This document shows, piece by piece, positions 13,149 through 24,441 of a stretch of DNA of 64,000 nt. This DNA is from Selaginella moellendorffii (Eukaryota > Plantae > Lycopodiophyta), in assembly GCF_000143415.4 (NCBI RefSeq), contig NW_003314348.1, positions 748,062 through 812,061 of the forward strand, read 5' to 3'. Each line of letters starts with the position of its first letter. Within the stretch, counting starts at the first letter, position 1. A model generated the notes under the pieces. The model was not told the origin of the DNA. It saw only the letters and a list, made by a program, of their open reading frames with translations, and did not search any database. A program made the position numbers and the translations under genes.

Positions 13149-13937
13149 TTATGACATGTTTACGAAAACAGGTTCCACGTAAGTGACAAAGCATATGGCC
13201 GCTAGGGCAGTCCCAAAGCCTTGTTCTACCTCGCTCTCTTGGATCATGAAATCCTCTTCGAAAACTTCGTAGTCCTCTTGATCGAATCGCCGCTTGAAAA
13301 TGCCCTCCAGATCCTTCTGAAGGATTCTCCTGGCCTCCGATTCTCTGGCGTGGCCACTGTATTCCGCCGCATAGCCACCGATCACTGCGTTGTCTCGCTT
13401 TCTTCGAATCTGTGGATCCAAAGTTTTCAATGGGATCGAAGTTCCTGGAGAAAGGAGAGTGATTTCTTGCCTGAATTCGGGCAACTCCAGCCGTGATTCT
13501 GTCTCCCTTGACACCATTCATACTCGCCATGATCGCTTCCATCACCGCTCCATGCCGGAAGAATGGCTTTGCTTCATGGAACTCGATCTTGGAGGATTCC
13601 GGAGGGATCACTGATGAGTACTGCGTGATGTTGAAATCCATGATCCCTGGAAGAACGCGTGTAAGCAACAATCCAATCGAAAGAGGGAAAGCATACCAGC
13701 CGATTCCAACGCTAGATCATACGATCCAGTCTCCCAGGGATCGGCGCCATCGCCAGCATCAGTCTGGCCAAAGCCCTTCACCATGAAGTAATGCTTGGGA
13801 ATCCGCGAGCCAAACAAAACCCCGTGCCCGCCGGCGACCAGCTCCATGAAATTCAGCTTCATCGCCTCCTCCCTCGAATGCGCGTGCCGCAATCCCAAGT
13901 TCTTGGGCAGCGGCTGGACATTGTGCTTGGAATCCAT
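13149..13937 (-). CDS. Pyruvoyl-dependent arginine decarboxylase-like proenzyme (PvlArgDC, AaxB/PdaD family), 3 coding exons, 225 aa
   Basis: Exons 13937-13697, 13646-13471 and 13409-13149 join in frame: GSRIPKHYFMVKGFGQTD..DPWETGSYDLALESAGIMDFNITQY-SS-VIPPE..FFRHGAVMEAIMA..IGGYAAEYSG..FGTALAAICF. Self-cleavage Ser-Ser motif and the AEY glutamate are present. Confidence 0.88.
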
Positions 13938-14145
13938 CGATTCCAGCCCCTGCTGCGCCAACAATTCACACACAAATCTCCTCGCAGAAGAATCTGCAAG
14001 AGAGAAAGCAAATCGATCGATCCAACCTCGCGGAAGAATCAACAAGAGCAAGGCAAATCAATCGATCCCAAAACCCCCAAACGTTCCTCGTTTAAATAAT
14101 CTCTCTCCCTCTCTCTCTCCAACAAGTGTCCACTGGACAACAGGA

Positions 14146-14155
14146 GCCACGTGTC
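14146..14155. promoter_or_regulatory. G-box/ABRE upstream of the PvlArgDC-like gene
   Basis: GCCACGTGTC (ACACGTGGC on minus), about 50 bp upstream of a minus-strand TATA-like TTATTTAAA (14091-14099). Confidence 0.4.
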
Positions 14156-14170
14156 AAACAATGCGCTGAG

Positions 14171-16051
14171 TCAGCAACCATCAATGGAGTGAATATTCGT
14201 GTTAGCCAGGAGGACATATGCCGCGCCATCGTCTGGATGGAGATCTAAAGCTCCAATCGCTGCCCTAGCGCCGCGCTCGCGATCGCGGTAGCTCCGGGAA
14301 GCGCCCAGCAAGCATCGCCACTCCAGGACATTGGGAACAAAGGGCATGCTCGCGATCAGCTCCTCGGCCTCGTCTAGATGCCCAGCGCGGCACAGCAGAT
14401 CGACAACGCAGGTGTAATGCGGCTTCCTCGCGCCCAGATTGAAATCCATCGCCATCGACACGAAGATCGATCGGCACAGCGCGAGCTTCCCGGCGTGGAC
14501 GCAAGCCAGCAGCGCGAACGAGAAGCAAATCTCGTCGGGGCGGACGAGCGCTTTCATCGCATCGAAGCTCTCTAGGGTTTGAGCGTAGTGGCCGTTCTGG
14601 GCGTGGACGACGACGATCGCTGCCCACGCGATCGTGTCGGGCTCTGGTATTCGATCGAAAGTCCGCTTCGCGAGGTCGAGGTCGCCGCTCTGCGCATAGC
14701 CGACGAGCATCGCCGTCCAGGAGACGACGCTTCGCTCCGGCATGGAATCCAGGAGAGCTTTGCTCGTTTCTATTTGCCCTAATTGGGCATTTGCAGCAAT
14801 AAGAGTGTTCCAAGAGATTAAATTGTGCTGTGGCATTGTGAGAAAGATCCAGTGGGCGTTCTCTACTTGACAACTTTGTGAATATGCTGCTAGCATGGCG
14901 TTCCACGACACTAGGTTTTTCATGGGCATGAAATCAAACAAGTGTTTAGCCTTTACCAAATGCCCGTTTTGGGCATATGCTGAGATCATGGCTGTGGAGC
15001 TAATAACATTCTTCTCCGGAAGAGATTCATAGAGATTCTCGGCATTTTCTAGGTCATCGTCTTGGGAGTAGGCAGTTATCATAGCGGTGGCAGAGACTAG
15101 GTTTTGCTCCGGCATTCGATCGAAGAGTCGCTGGCACTCGCCACGATGCCCGCTCTGGGCGTATGATACGAGCATCGCATTCCAGGAAATTAGGGTTCTA
15201 TGTGGCATTCGAGCAAATATTTCCGAGGCCTCGGCCAGATTCCCGCTCTGGCCGTAGGCAACGATCATCGCGGTCTGGGAGATCACGTCGTGCTCCGGCA
15301 TGGAATCGAAGGCGTCCTTGGCCAGATCGAGCTTTCCCTCGTTCGCGTAGCCCGAGAGCATCGCATTCCACGAGACGAGGTTTCTTTCTTCCATGGCGTC
15401 AAATATTTGCTTCGCCCTCTCGATCTGGCCGTTCTGCGCGTAGGCCGCGAGAATCGCTGTCCTGGAGATGAGATTCGGCTCTGGAATGCTGTCGAAGAGC
15501 TGGATCGCTTGCGCCAGATCTCCCTCCTGCGAGAATTCGGCCAGGAGTGCCGTTGTTGACACCGAATCCCACTCCGGCATTTCATCAAAGAGCTGCTTGG
15601 CTCGATCCAGACGAGCGTTCTGAGCCAGCGTCGCGACCACCGCCGTCCACGACACGAGATCTCTCAGCGGCATCGCGTCGAAAATTCTCATTGCCTCCTC
15701 CGGATTGCCGTCCCTCCCGATCGCGGTGATGAGCGTGTTCCACGACACAACGTTCTTGGAGGGGAATCTCGAGAAGAAAGCCCTGGCGTCGTCGATCCGG
15801 CCGTGGTGCGCGTAGGCCGCGAGCATCGCGTTCCAGGCAGCGAGATTCCGGAGGGGCATTTCGTCGAAGAGATTCTTGGCACTGACGACATCGCCCATCC
15901 GGGCGTAAGCCGTGATCATGAACACCCATGAGAATGAGTCCTTGATCTGGATTCGATCGAAGACCCGTCGCGCCTGGTGGAGATCTCCCCTCTTTCCCAG
16001 CAGCTCGATCAGCTTATTGCTCGCGAAGGTGTCGTGGGAACTATTGCTCAT
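14171..16051 (-). CDS. PLS/E-class pentatricopeptide repeat protein (no DYW), intronless
   Basis: Many ~31-aa repeats (FD.MP..N.VSW.AM..AYAQ.G), then ACVHAG..HYTCVVDLLCRAG..MPF.P...W..LLGA (E domain). The protein stops before any DYW domain. Confidence 0.93.
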   Translation of the reverse strand: MSNSSHDTFASNKLIELLGKRGDLHQARRVFDRIQIKDSFSWVFMITAYARMGDVVSAKNLFDEMPLRNLAAWNAMLAAYAHHGRIDDARAFFSRFPSKNVVSWNTLITAIGRDGNPEEAMRIFDAMPLRDLVSWTAVVATLAQNARLDRAKQLFDEMPEWDSVSTTALLAEFSQEGDLAQAIQLFDSIPEPNLISRTAILAAYAQNGQIERAKQIFDAMEERNLVSWNAMLSGYANEGKLDLAKDAFDSMPEHDVISQTAMIVAYGQSGNLAEASEIFARMPHRTLISWNAMLVSYAQSGHRGECQRLFDRMPEQNLVSATAMITAYSQDDDLENAENLYESLPEKNVISSTAMISAYAQNGHLVKAKHLFDFMPMKNLVSWNAMLAAYSQSCQVENAHWIFLTMPQHNLISWNTLIAANAQLGQIETSKALLDSMPERSVVSWTAMLVGYAQSGDLDLAKRTFDRIPEPDTIAWAAIVVVHAQNGHYAQTLESFDAMKALVRPDEICFSFALLACVHAGKLALCRSIFVSMAMDFNLGARKPHYTCVVDLLCRAGHLDEAEELIASMPFVPNVLEWRCLLGASRSYRDRERGARAAIGALDLHPDDGAAYVLLANTNIHSIDGC

Positions 16052-16131
16052 CTATGAATTAGGGTTCCTCATTTTGTGTAAACAGGGGGGACCCTAGGCC
16101 TGGCGCCCAGCTAAGATTGGATCGATCGACA

Positions 16132-19100
16132 ATGCCGTCCGCCAGTGGCGGCAAGAGATCTGCTGCGAAATCTGGAGTCTCGTTGTCTATCAAAGACTTC
16201 CAGGTACGCTGGATTGGATTGTAGGCTTTGTTGAGCGACTTGGATCTAATCCAGGGGGACTTCTCCTTCGATGCGTTCTTCAACAATCTCGTCGGCGACA
16301 TACTGAAAGTGGAAGACGGTGAAAAGCCGCCGCCTCAAGAGGATGCTGCTTCGAATGGCCAGAAGCTCGTGAAGCCTGCGTTTGCCGAGGCAAATGCGCT
16401 GCTTGCTCGATTTAAGGAGGCGCGAAAGCAGCTCCTTGAGCTTGGACTCCAGGTGATTCATGTCGTAAGAGACGCTTTGATCTAACAAGTTATTTTGAAT
16501 GTAGGCGGATGCGCAGCTTGAGAAAGTGAAGAAAGAAGTAAGCGCGGAGGATATCAGGCATAGAACAAAGCTCTCCGAGGTGAGTGTTTGCGTGGTCTAA
16601 TCTTATTTTCCCGTTCTCAATCCACTCTCGTTTTCTGGTAGCTCGAAAAAGGAGTTCATGGCCTGTTTGATAGCTTCAGTAAGCTGGATAATCGGATTTC
16701 GGGTGTTGGACAAACGGCAGCACGAATTGGTGACCACTTGCAGGTTGAGTCTTTCGGCCCTTCAGTCGAGTGAATTTGATGTGTAAATTGTTGTTCCAGA
16801 GTGCAGATGCACAACGGGAGACGGCTACTCAGACAATTGAGCTGATAAAAGTGCGTGAATTTTGTGGTCATTACAATCGTGTGATGTTCTTCTCTACAGT
16901 ACTTGATGGAGTTCAATACAAAGTCCGGTGACTTGATGGGACTGTCTCCACTCTTCTCAGACGACAACCGTGTTGCTGAGGCGGCAGCTATAGCTCAAAA
17001 ACTTCGTAAGTATTTCATTAAGCTCTAGTCATCGTTTTTATAATGAGATTTTTTTTGTATTAGGTGCTCTCGCCGAAGAAGACATTGGAGGAACTGGCTC
17101 TGGTGCCACGGGCACCACCGTCAAAGGGACTGCAAATGCGAACCCCGGCCTAGAAGTTGCCGTGGCAAACCTTCAGGAGTATTGTAATGGTATGCCTTTC
17201 ATATTTCTTGGAAATAATTCTTACTTTGCTCCATATTTTAGAACTTGAGAACCGCCTTCTTGATCGGTTTGACGCTGCCTCGCAGAAGAAGGAGCTATCT
17301 ACCATGGGCGAATGTGCAAAAATATTGTCGCAGGTTCGTTATTTTTCTTTTTCCTGATGTCGTTTTCAATCGTTTTTTATCTGTAGTTTAATAGAGGCGC
17401 CAGAGCAATGCAACGCTATGTTGCCTCGCGTCCTATGTTTTTAGATGTCGAGGTAATGAATGAAGACACAAGAACTGTGCTTGGGGATCAAACCACAGAC
17501 ACTGCAGCGCCTGGGTCGCCACAACCTGTTGCAGATACGGCAACAATAATTCGTGGGTTGGGAAAGCTTTACAAGGAAATTACAGGTATATAACTTTTCC
17601 TTCTAAAATGTTTTTATTTATGTGTTCCTCTTAGATACGGTTCGGAGAGAATCTGCAACGGTCTCTGCTGTTTTCCCATCGCCGGATGCAGTCATGTCAA
17701 TCCTTGTACAGGTAAGTGTTTTGTTCTTCTGGAGAGATAGCAATTGAAGTTGTGCAGAGAGTTATGGAGCAAAGAGTATTTGCTATCCTAGATAAGCTCC
17801 TTGTCAAACCCAACCTTGCAAGTACGGCTCTGATAGAAGAGGGCGGCCTTCTTCAGGTAAGGTAATTAAATATACTTTATACGTCGTTATTGTGTTTTGA
17901 TGTGTTACGTTGTTCCATAGCATCTGAAACTGTTGGCGGCCACTTATGAAAAGACTCAAGCTTTTGCAAAAGATCTTCGGGCTCTAGGTTGTGGCGAGCT
18001 GGACGTTGAAGGTACGGCTCATTAAGGCTCATGCTTCAGAACTTGTGTTTAATGACTCTACTGTTGCAGTTCTTGCGGAATCTCTCTTCACTAGTCATAG
18101 GGATGACTATATCGAACTTGAACAGGCATCGCTTTCTCAAATGTTTGAAGCGAAGGTAATCATTTATTTTATATCTCCGCCATTATATAAGTTTCAACAG
18201 ATGGCCGAGGTCAGGGCAGCGTTACCTCCACCTCCAGACATTGGTCCTCGTGGAAGCAAAATGGCTGCTTTTCAAAACTTTTCGCAACCATCTTTGACAA
18301 CTGAAGTTGTAACTGAATTTGTGCGTTGGAACGAAGAAGCTGTTCTTCGGTGCAGCCTGCTAACGGGAGCTCAGGTTTAAGGTTTCCTCCCTATGTGGAT
18401 GGTTTATTGAATTATTTTCCTTACATCAGCCTGGATCTCTAGCATCGAACGTGAGAGCGATTTTTACGTGCCTACTGGAGCAAGTAAGCCTGTGAAGCTA
18501 CAGTTTACGTGCCTTGAGTCTTGACTTATCAATGTTATTTGTAGGTAAATCACTATATTACTGCGGCCTTAGAACGTGGTCAAGACGCTCTCCGAGAAGC
18601 CGCAGCATTGAGAGAACGTTTCGCTATTGGAACTGCAGTTAGCCGTCGGGTTGCAGCTGCTGCTGCTTCAGCGGTTAGTTCTTCCAGTATTTCTCGTTTC
18701 TTTTTTATTTACATCATCATGTTTAGGCCGAGGCTGCTGCAAACGCCGGTGAGATTAGTGTCAGCTCTTTCATGACCACCGTGCAAAGGGCTACGACTAA
18801 TGTCGCCATTGTTCAGCAGGTATGTGCGGCTTACACATTTATGCTCGAAACTACGATGCGTGCCTTTGCAGTATTTTGTGAACACGATCGCTCGGATTCT
18901 TCTTCCGGTCGATGGGGCACATGCCGCGTGCTGTGAGGAAATAGCAACATCCATGTCACATGCTGAGGATGCTGTATTGAAGGGCTTGCAGCTTTGTATG
19001 GACTCCATGATAGCTGAGGTATGCTTCGTTTGTTGAAAACTCCACTTAGTACGTTTCCTTGAAGGCGGAACGCCTACTGGCTTTGGAACAAAAAGTGCAT

Positions 19101-19831
19101 GATTATCAGCCTTCGGATGATGGAAGTCTACCGGACCATCGGCCGACTAACGCCTGCACACGGTAACCCTTCTTCTCCAAATTCATAGTACTGGATTAAG
19201 TGCGTGTCGCTGCAGAGTGGTAGCGTTCTTGTCTCGGATGCTGGATTCCACCAACACAGCTTTGGATGTTTCGAACAGACAAGTCTTTGTGACTGAGCTG
19301 GTATGGTTCTCTACTCATTTTCATACACGCATAACACGACATTTCAGGGATGCCGTCTATACAAATCGCTTATCACTCACTGGCAAAGGTTCACATTTAG
19401 TCCAAGGTGAAACAAGTAAATTTTCAACATCTCGGTTCTCATTTTGCCATGTTACAGTGGCGGCCTCAGATTGAAACGTGACGTTACCGAGTTTGCTGAG
19501 TTCGTTCGCAGTTTCAAGGCTCCCACAGTAGACGAGAAGTTTGAACTCTTGGGAACGTAAGTTTTGACGTTTCTGATATGTTTGTTTTTATTTCAGATTG
19601 TATCCCTTTTCCAGGATGGTTAACATTTTCATCGTCGCACCGGAGAGCCTGAAAACACTAGTTGACGGGAGTTTGCGCAACGCTAGCAAGGATGCGATTC
19701 GGTATTTAAATACCTCTGTGCTTTTTGTGCGTATCATTTCTTTCCAAATTTCCTGCAGATTCATACAACTTCGAGAAGATTATAAGTCCGCGAAGCTATC
19801 TAACATTGTTAACCAGCTTGCAATCAGTTGA
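16132..19831 (+). CDS. SEC10: Exocyst complex component SEC10, multi-exon
   Basis: DFQGDFSFDAFF, LDNRISGVGQTAARIGDHLQ, YLMEFN, LENRLLDRFD, MQRYVASRPMFLDVEVMN, DHRPTNACT, GGLRLKRDVTE, FIQLREDYKSAKL. Confidence 0.93.
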
Positions 19832-20068
19832 TCATCTCAAAGAGTGGCTTTGACTTGAAGGTTTTTGTAGCTGTGCTTTCAACTTCATATGATCGAGCTG
19901 GCTTTATTGGTTTGCCACTAGCTTTCTGTAACAGAGTTGAGATATTTCTTTTGGTATCGAACAAGTCTTATCAATGAAATCTTACCAACAAGCAAGTAGA
20001 CTGAAGATGCTTTTTCACCTTCCGCTATTCCTGGGAAGATGATATACCAACGAGTGGTGGTACTTCTT

Positions 20069-22131
20069 TTAAGCTCTTTCTTTCAGCCTGCCTTGTAGCC
20101 TTTCGTTCGCCTCTTCGAGATTGAGGCACTGATAGCGGTCATCGCCACGCTGTTGAGTTAAAGAGATTAACAAAGGCACTAGATGATTACTGTGTTACCT
20201 CGTCTAATAACTCGAAAGCTCTCAACTTGTCCAAAGCGTCGTCATATTCGAATTCGCATCTCTCTTGAAACTCTCTTTCCATCAGATAGTTACAATGCAA
20301 CGCAAACTCCTGACATAGACGAGTAAAGAAATCATTTCAGTGGACGACTATAGCTGTATACCTGTTTTGTGGCCGTCCCTAGCACAAGCAACACAAAGTA
20401 TCCCACGATAGTTTCCATTGTCTGCGCAAATGAAAAGCTCGTCAATAACAAGAGAGAGCGTATGGAAATTTTAACGCAGTACTTCCTGGTTGGTTACGTT
20501 CGTGCACAAGTGTAGCAGGGTACCAAGGTGGCTGTCGCTTTGCTTGTCGTAAATTGACTTGGAGATGAGCCTGTGGTACTCCAGAACATTGATATGAAAC
20601 CTGGATTGTTTCCACATTAGCTCGAAAGATGGCCAAACTCAGAGAGACTTACGTGAAATACACCTTGAAGCAGTATCCAACAAAAGCTGCAAGGATGGTG
20701 AAGGCGAGTGGTACAAAGGAAGAGTGGCCTTTCTTAAAGGCTTCCCAAAACCCAGCCTGGTAAGTGCCGAATTTAATAACGTTTGGAGGAAAAAAAAAAA
20801 TTGTTTGAAAGCAATACCACTCCTGTGACACCCGAAAAGATGAGCTTTATCCATTCAGACCAGCTCAGGCGCGGTGATTTCTTCTCGGGCTGTACGAAGA
20901 GGTTATGAAAATAGATCCATCACACGGTTTTAGTTTACCAGGACAAGCTCCAAATCAGCCATTGGTACGTCTTTGAATTGCTTGATGTGAATACCGCGAG
21001 GATCATCGCGTGTTCTGCTTATGGCATTAGAAGCGAAGCTTTGACTAGAGGGAATTGCGTTTGTTACCTGTAGATGACAATTACCTGGCTAAAAGTTGGT
21101 TCTTGAAGCTCCACCTTTTGAAAGAAATGCTTGATTCTACAAATACCGCTGCTTCTCTGTTAGGCTTTTAACATGGAAAGCTTACCGCACGTCTCCTACA
21201 TGAATACGCTCCATCTCCATAAATCTATCGTCAGGTTTTGGTTCTTCATGCATGAAATTTTCTTCCTCGCCAATACTTTAATAAAAGCGAGTTAAAAAGT
21301 GAAAAGAAGATAAACATTTACCAAAGTCTAAGAATCATCTTCCAAAAACTTTTCTGAATCTCCTCAACTTTGGCCAGCATATAGTAGCCTTGTGCAGTGT
21401 CACACCCAATGCCTCTCCTGTAAATCAAGCACTGGACTTTGGAATTATAACGAGTTCCTATTCAACATTTGTGACTTACCCTGTTCTCAAAAAGCTGTTC
21501 GTCGCCTGCCTCGGTAACTCTAGGGTACTTCTTCAGGAGCTTGTCATCAAGCTAAAGATGTATGTTCTTTAGTAAACCAAAGTTTGAAATAACCACGTTA
21601 CTCTATCCTTGTTGAGTTTGACATCAAGACGAAGAACGTATTTGCTCGAAGTAGCAATCTTCCATTCTTTCTTTTTAAGAACTTTGAAATTGCTCTTTGT
21701 CATTATCTGTAAAAAGAGGTAAAAACGCGAAATCACTACTGACAATTCAGCGTGCCTCACGGTGAAACATCTCGAGAAACCTCGTCTCGTCGGTCGAAGA
21801 AGGTTCCCTGTCTTGAGTTTTGTGCGGATCAAACAAATGTTGAAGCTCCTGCATTAAGTTTTGTTAAGAAAAGAAAGACGAAGATTACTTGCCATTAGCT
21901 CCTCGAACAGGTCGTGATACTTAGCACGCACACAAGCCTCAATCCTGGCGCACAAAGCCTTGAACAGGCCCCTGTCCGCATCCGTCGCTGTAGGAAAGTG
22001 GCAACGTCACGAAGAGAAAATATACACCAGAACTTACAGAACAAGGTAGTGAGGACTTTGACAAGCTTTGGCTTGGATGTCAAAATGACGGGCTCCCGCT
22101 CGATCCTGATCATATTTCTCTTCTGCTCCAT
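20069..22131 (-). CDS. DUF3754 / TMEM143-family protein, multi-exon
   Basis: MEQKRNMIRIEREPVI..KPKLV; LCARIEACVRAKYHDLFEELMELQHLFDP; IMTKSNFKVL; RRGIG; IKQFKDVPMADLELV; CEFEYDDALDKL. These follow the plant DUF3754 motifs in order. Confidence 0.8.
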
Positions 22132-22574
22132 TCTCCCCTGATAGCGACCCAGAAGATTTGAGCGTCCAAGTTGAAATAGCTGCTCCTTTCCTGATGCAAG
22201 CAAAGTATCAATCAATACTTACATAAAGAAATACACTCACCATCCTTGGCCGCTACGGTAGAATCGGGCTAAACACGTTTGCTCTCTGACAAAAAGGAAA
22301 ACATTACAGCTGACCGCCGACATATGGTAGCTGAATACAAACCATCTGCGAAACAGTATGGCCGTATCCGATATGGAAGATGGAATTAACATGTCAAAGG
22401 TCCCACGATTGTAGCAGAGAAAGAGACCACCGGCCAGCGAATTCAACTGGAAACTATGTTCTCTCGTAGGCCTGAAAACTAGAGAGATACATTTGACAAA
22501 TCCAAACGTAAGCATAACAGGCATCAGTTTCTCAGGCTTTTGACTCGGAAGTTCTGAGAATTTCTTGTCTCAGG

Positions 22575-24416
22575 ATGTCAAAAGGAACATCAAGTATTAC
22601 TTACCCGGTAGGAGGAGAAATTGAGTTTGTCTGTGCTTCTCAAAGCCACCAACGAAGGCCTAGTGCCACAAGAATCAGCAATGTTAGTCTAGAAGACATT
22701 ACGAGCACGCTGCTAAAGACTGAACAAGTTGCTGCTGAATGGTTGCAACTAGTAGCAAAAGTATTTTGGAAAGGAGGTTCTACGTTTGATGCATGGCTGA
22801 ATGCATCCTCGGCTCAGGTAACTGGGTTTTCACAGTCTTCTACTCTCTCAAACCACTCTTACTTCAGATTGCTCAAGTATTGCTAACCTTTCCATACTCG
22901 TTTGCACAAATGGGCCTCGCCTCTGGAATGGCATTCATGCTTTTGTATGGACTTTTAGGATGCTGGTCTTCCTACACAATGACATGCCTATATGCCGACT
23001 ATCGAAAGCTAAAAGAGATGCAAAACGTCACTTTTGAGCATCATACCATTCAGGTGAAATCCTCAAGAAAATCTATAAGAATGTAGTCCTAGGTGGTGCT
23101 AATGGATGAGAAGGTACCAGTGGTATGAGGTGCTGGACGGTCTTCTAGGCCCCTGGTGGAAAGCAGCAGGACTTATATTCAATGGCGCTCTCCTTTTCTG
23201 CACAGCAACCATTCAACTCATAGCCTGTGGAAGGTATCAAAAAAGAGTTCAAAATGATAAGTTCTTACCGCAGTGGAGTTTCAGCACAGTGTACTACATT
23301 GGCGATGATCTGGACAAGCGTTCTTGGACATTGATTTTTGGTGCCTGTTGCTCGTTGAGCATTCTCATCCCCACTGCACACAACTATAGAATGTGGTCCT
23401 TTGCAGGAATTATCATGACGACTTACACGGCATGGTATTTAGCTCTGGCTTCCCTATCCATAAAAAGAGTAAGCTCTCGGAAGTTTTTCAACAAACTCAA
23501 AGCACACCTCTTTAGGAACCATCTGTGACACACCATGGACCCGTAAGCACCGAGGAATATTTCACAGGAGCAACGAACTTCCTATACGCATTCGGAGGTC
23601 ACGCAGTTACAATGTGAGTTGAAAGAAAAAACAAAGAAAAGAGCTTACAATTGTTTGAAACCAGAGAAATCATGGATGCGATGTGGGAGCCCAAGAAGTT
23701 TAAGAGCGTGTACGTCTACGCCATTGCCTACGTACTTTTGATCCTTTTGATCCCGTCCGCGGTGACAGTCTACTTGAGATTCGGTGACAAAATGCTGATA
23801 AATCCCAACGCTTTCGCTGTGCTGCCAAAGACAAAGTTTAGAGACGCGGCCGTGATTCTCATGGTTATCCACCAGGTGAGTAAAAGTGAAAGGAATAATC
23901 AGAGTTCTTCATTCTTACTTCTTTGAAGTTTATCGAGTTTGGACTCCTCGCGATCCCCATCTATATCATCTGGGAAAAATTTCTAGGAGTCCATCACAAG
24001 CAGTGTTACATCATGAAAGTGATAGCCAGAGTACCTGTGATACTGGGAATTTGGTTCGTGGCTCTCATGATTCCTTTCTTCGGCCCAATCAACTCCATAG
24101 TCGGATCGTTCCTCACGAGCTCTAGCATTTATATTTTGCCCTGCGCAGCACACATTACGTACTATGGGATGCGAGCATCGAGAAGCGTGAGTAGAAATCC
24201 CCGAAATACCTGAAATTCCTGACGGTCGTGATGATACAGGGCTCCGCCGAGCCGCATTCTTGGATCGGCGCCTACTACTTGAACCTCGGCACGATCGCGT
24301 GGGTGCTGATCGTCGGCGTGGGATTTGGCGCCTGGGCGAGCATCCAAAACATGAAGAAAGAGATCGATACCTTTGGCTTGTTCGCCAAATGTTACCAATG
24401 TGACCAAGAACCCTAA
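22575..24416 (+). CDS. LAX: AUX1/LAX-family auxin influx carrier (divergent)
   Basis: WKGGSTFDAW, AQVLLTFPYSF, IQWYEVLDGLLG, IQLIAC, LDKRSW..IFGACC, HNYRMWSF, YFTGATNFLYAFGGHAVT.EIMDAMWEP, PFFGPINS, IDTFGLFAKCYQC. Confidence 0.92.
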
Positions 24417-24441
24417 AATTTAAATTTCATTCTGAAGAACC

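Noticed and set aside
12805-13671. 288-aa ORF apparently fusing the decarboxylase to the downstream gene region
   Set aside because: It arises from reading through the GC-AG intron. The conserved C-terminal motifs are in the other frame (13149-13409).
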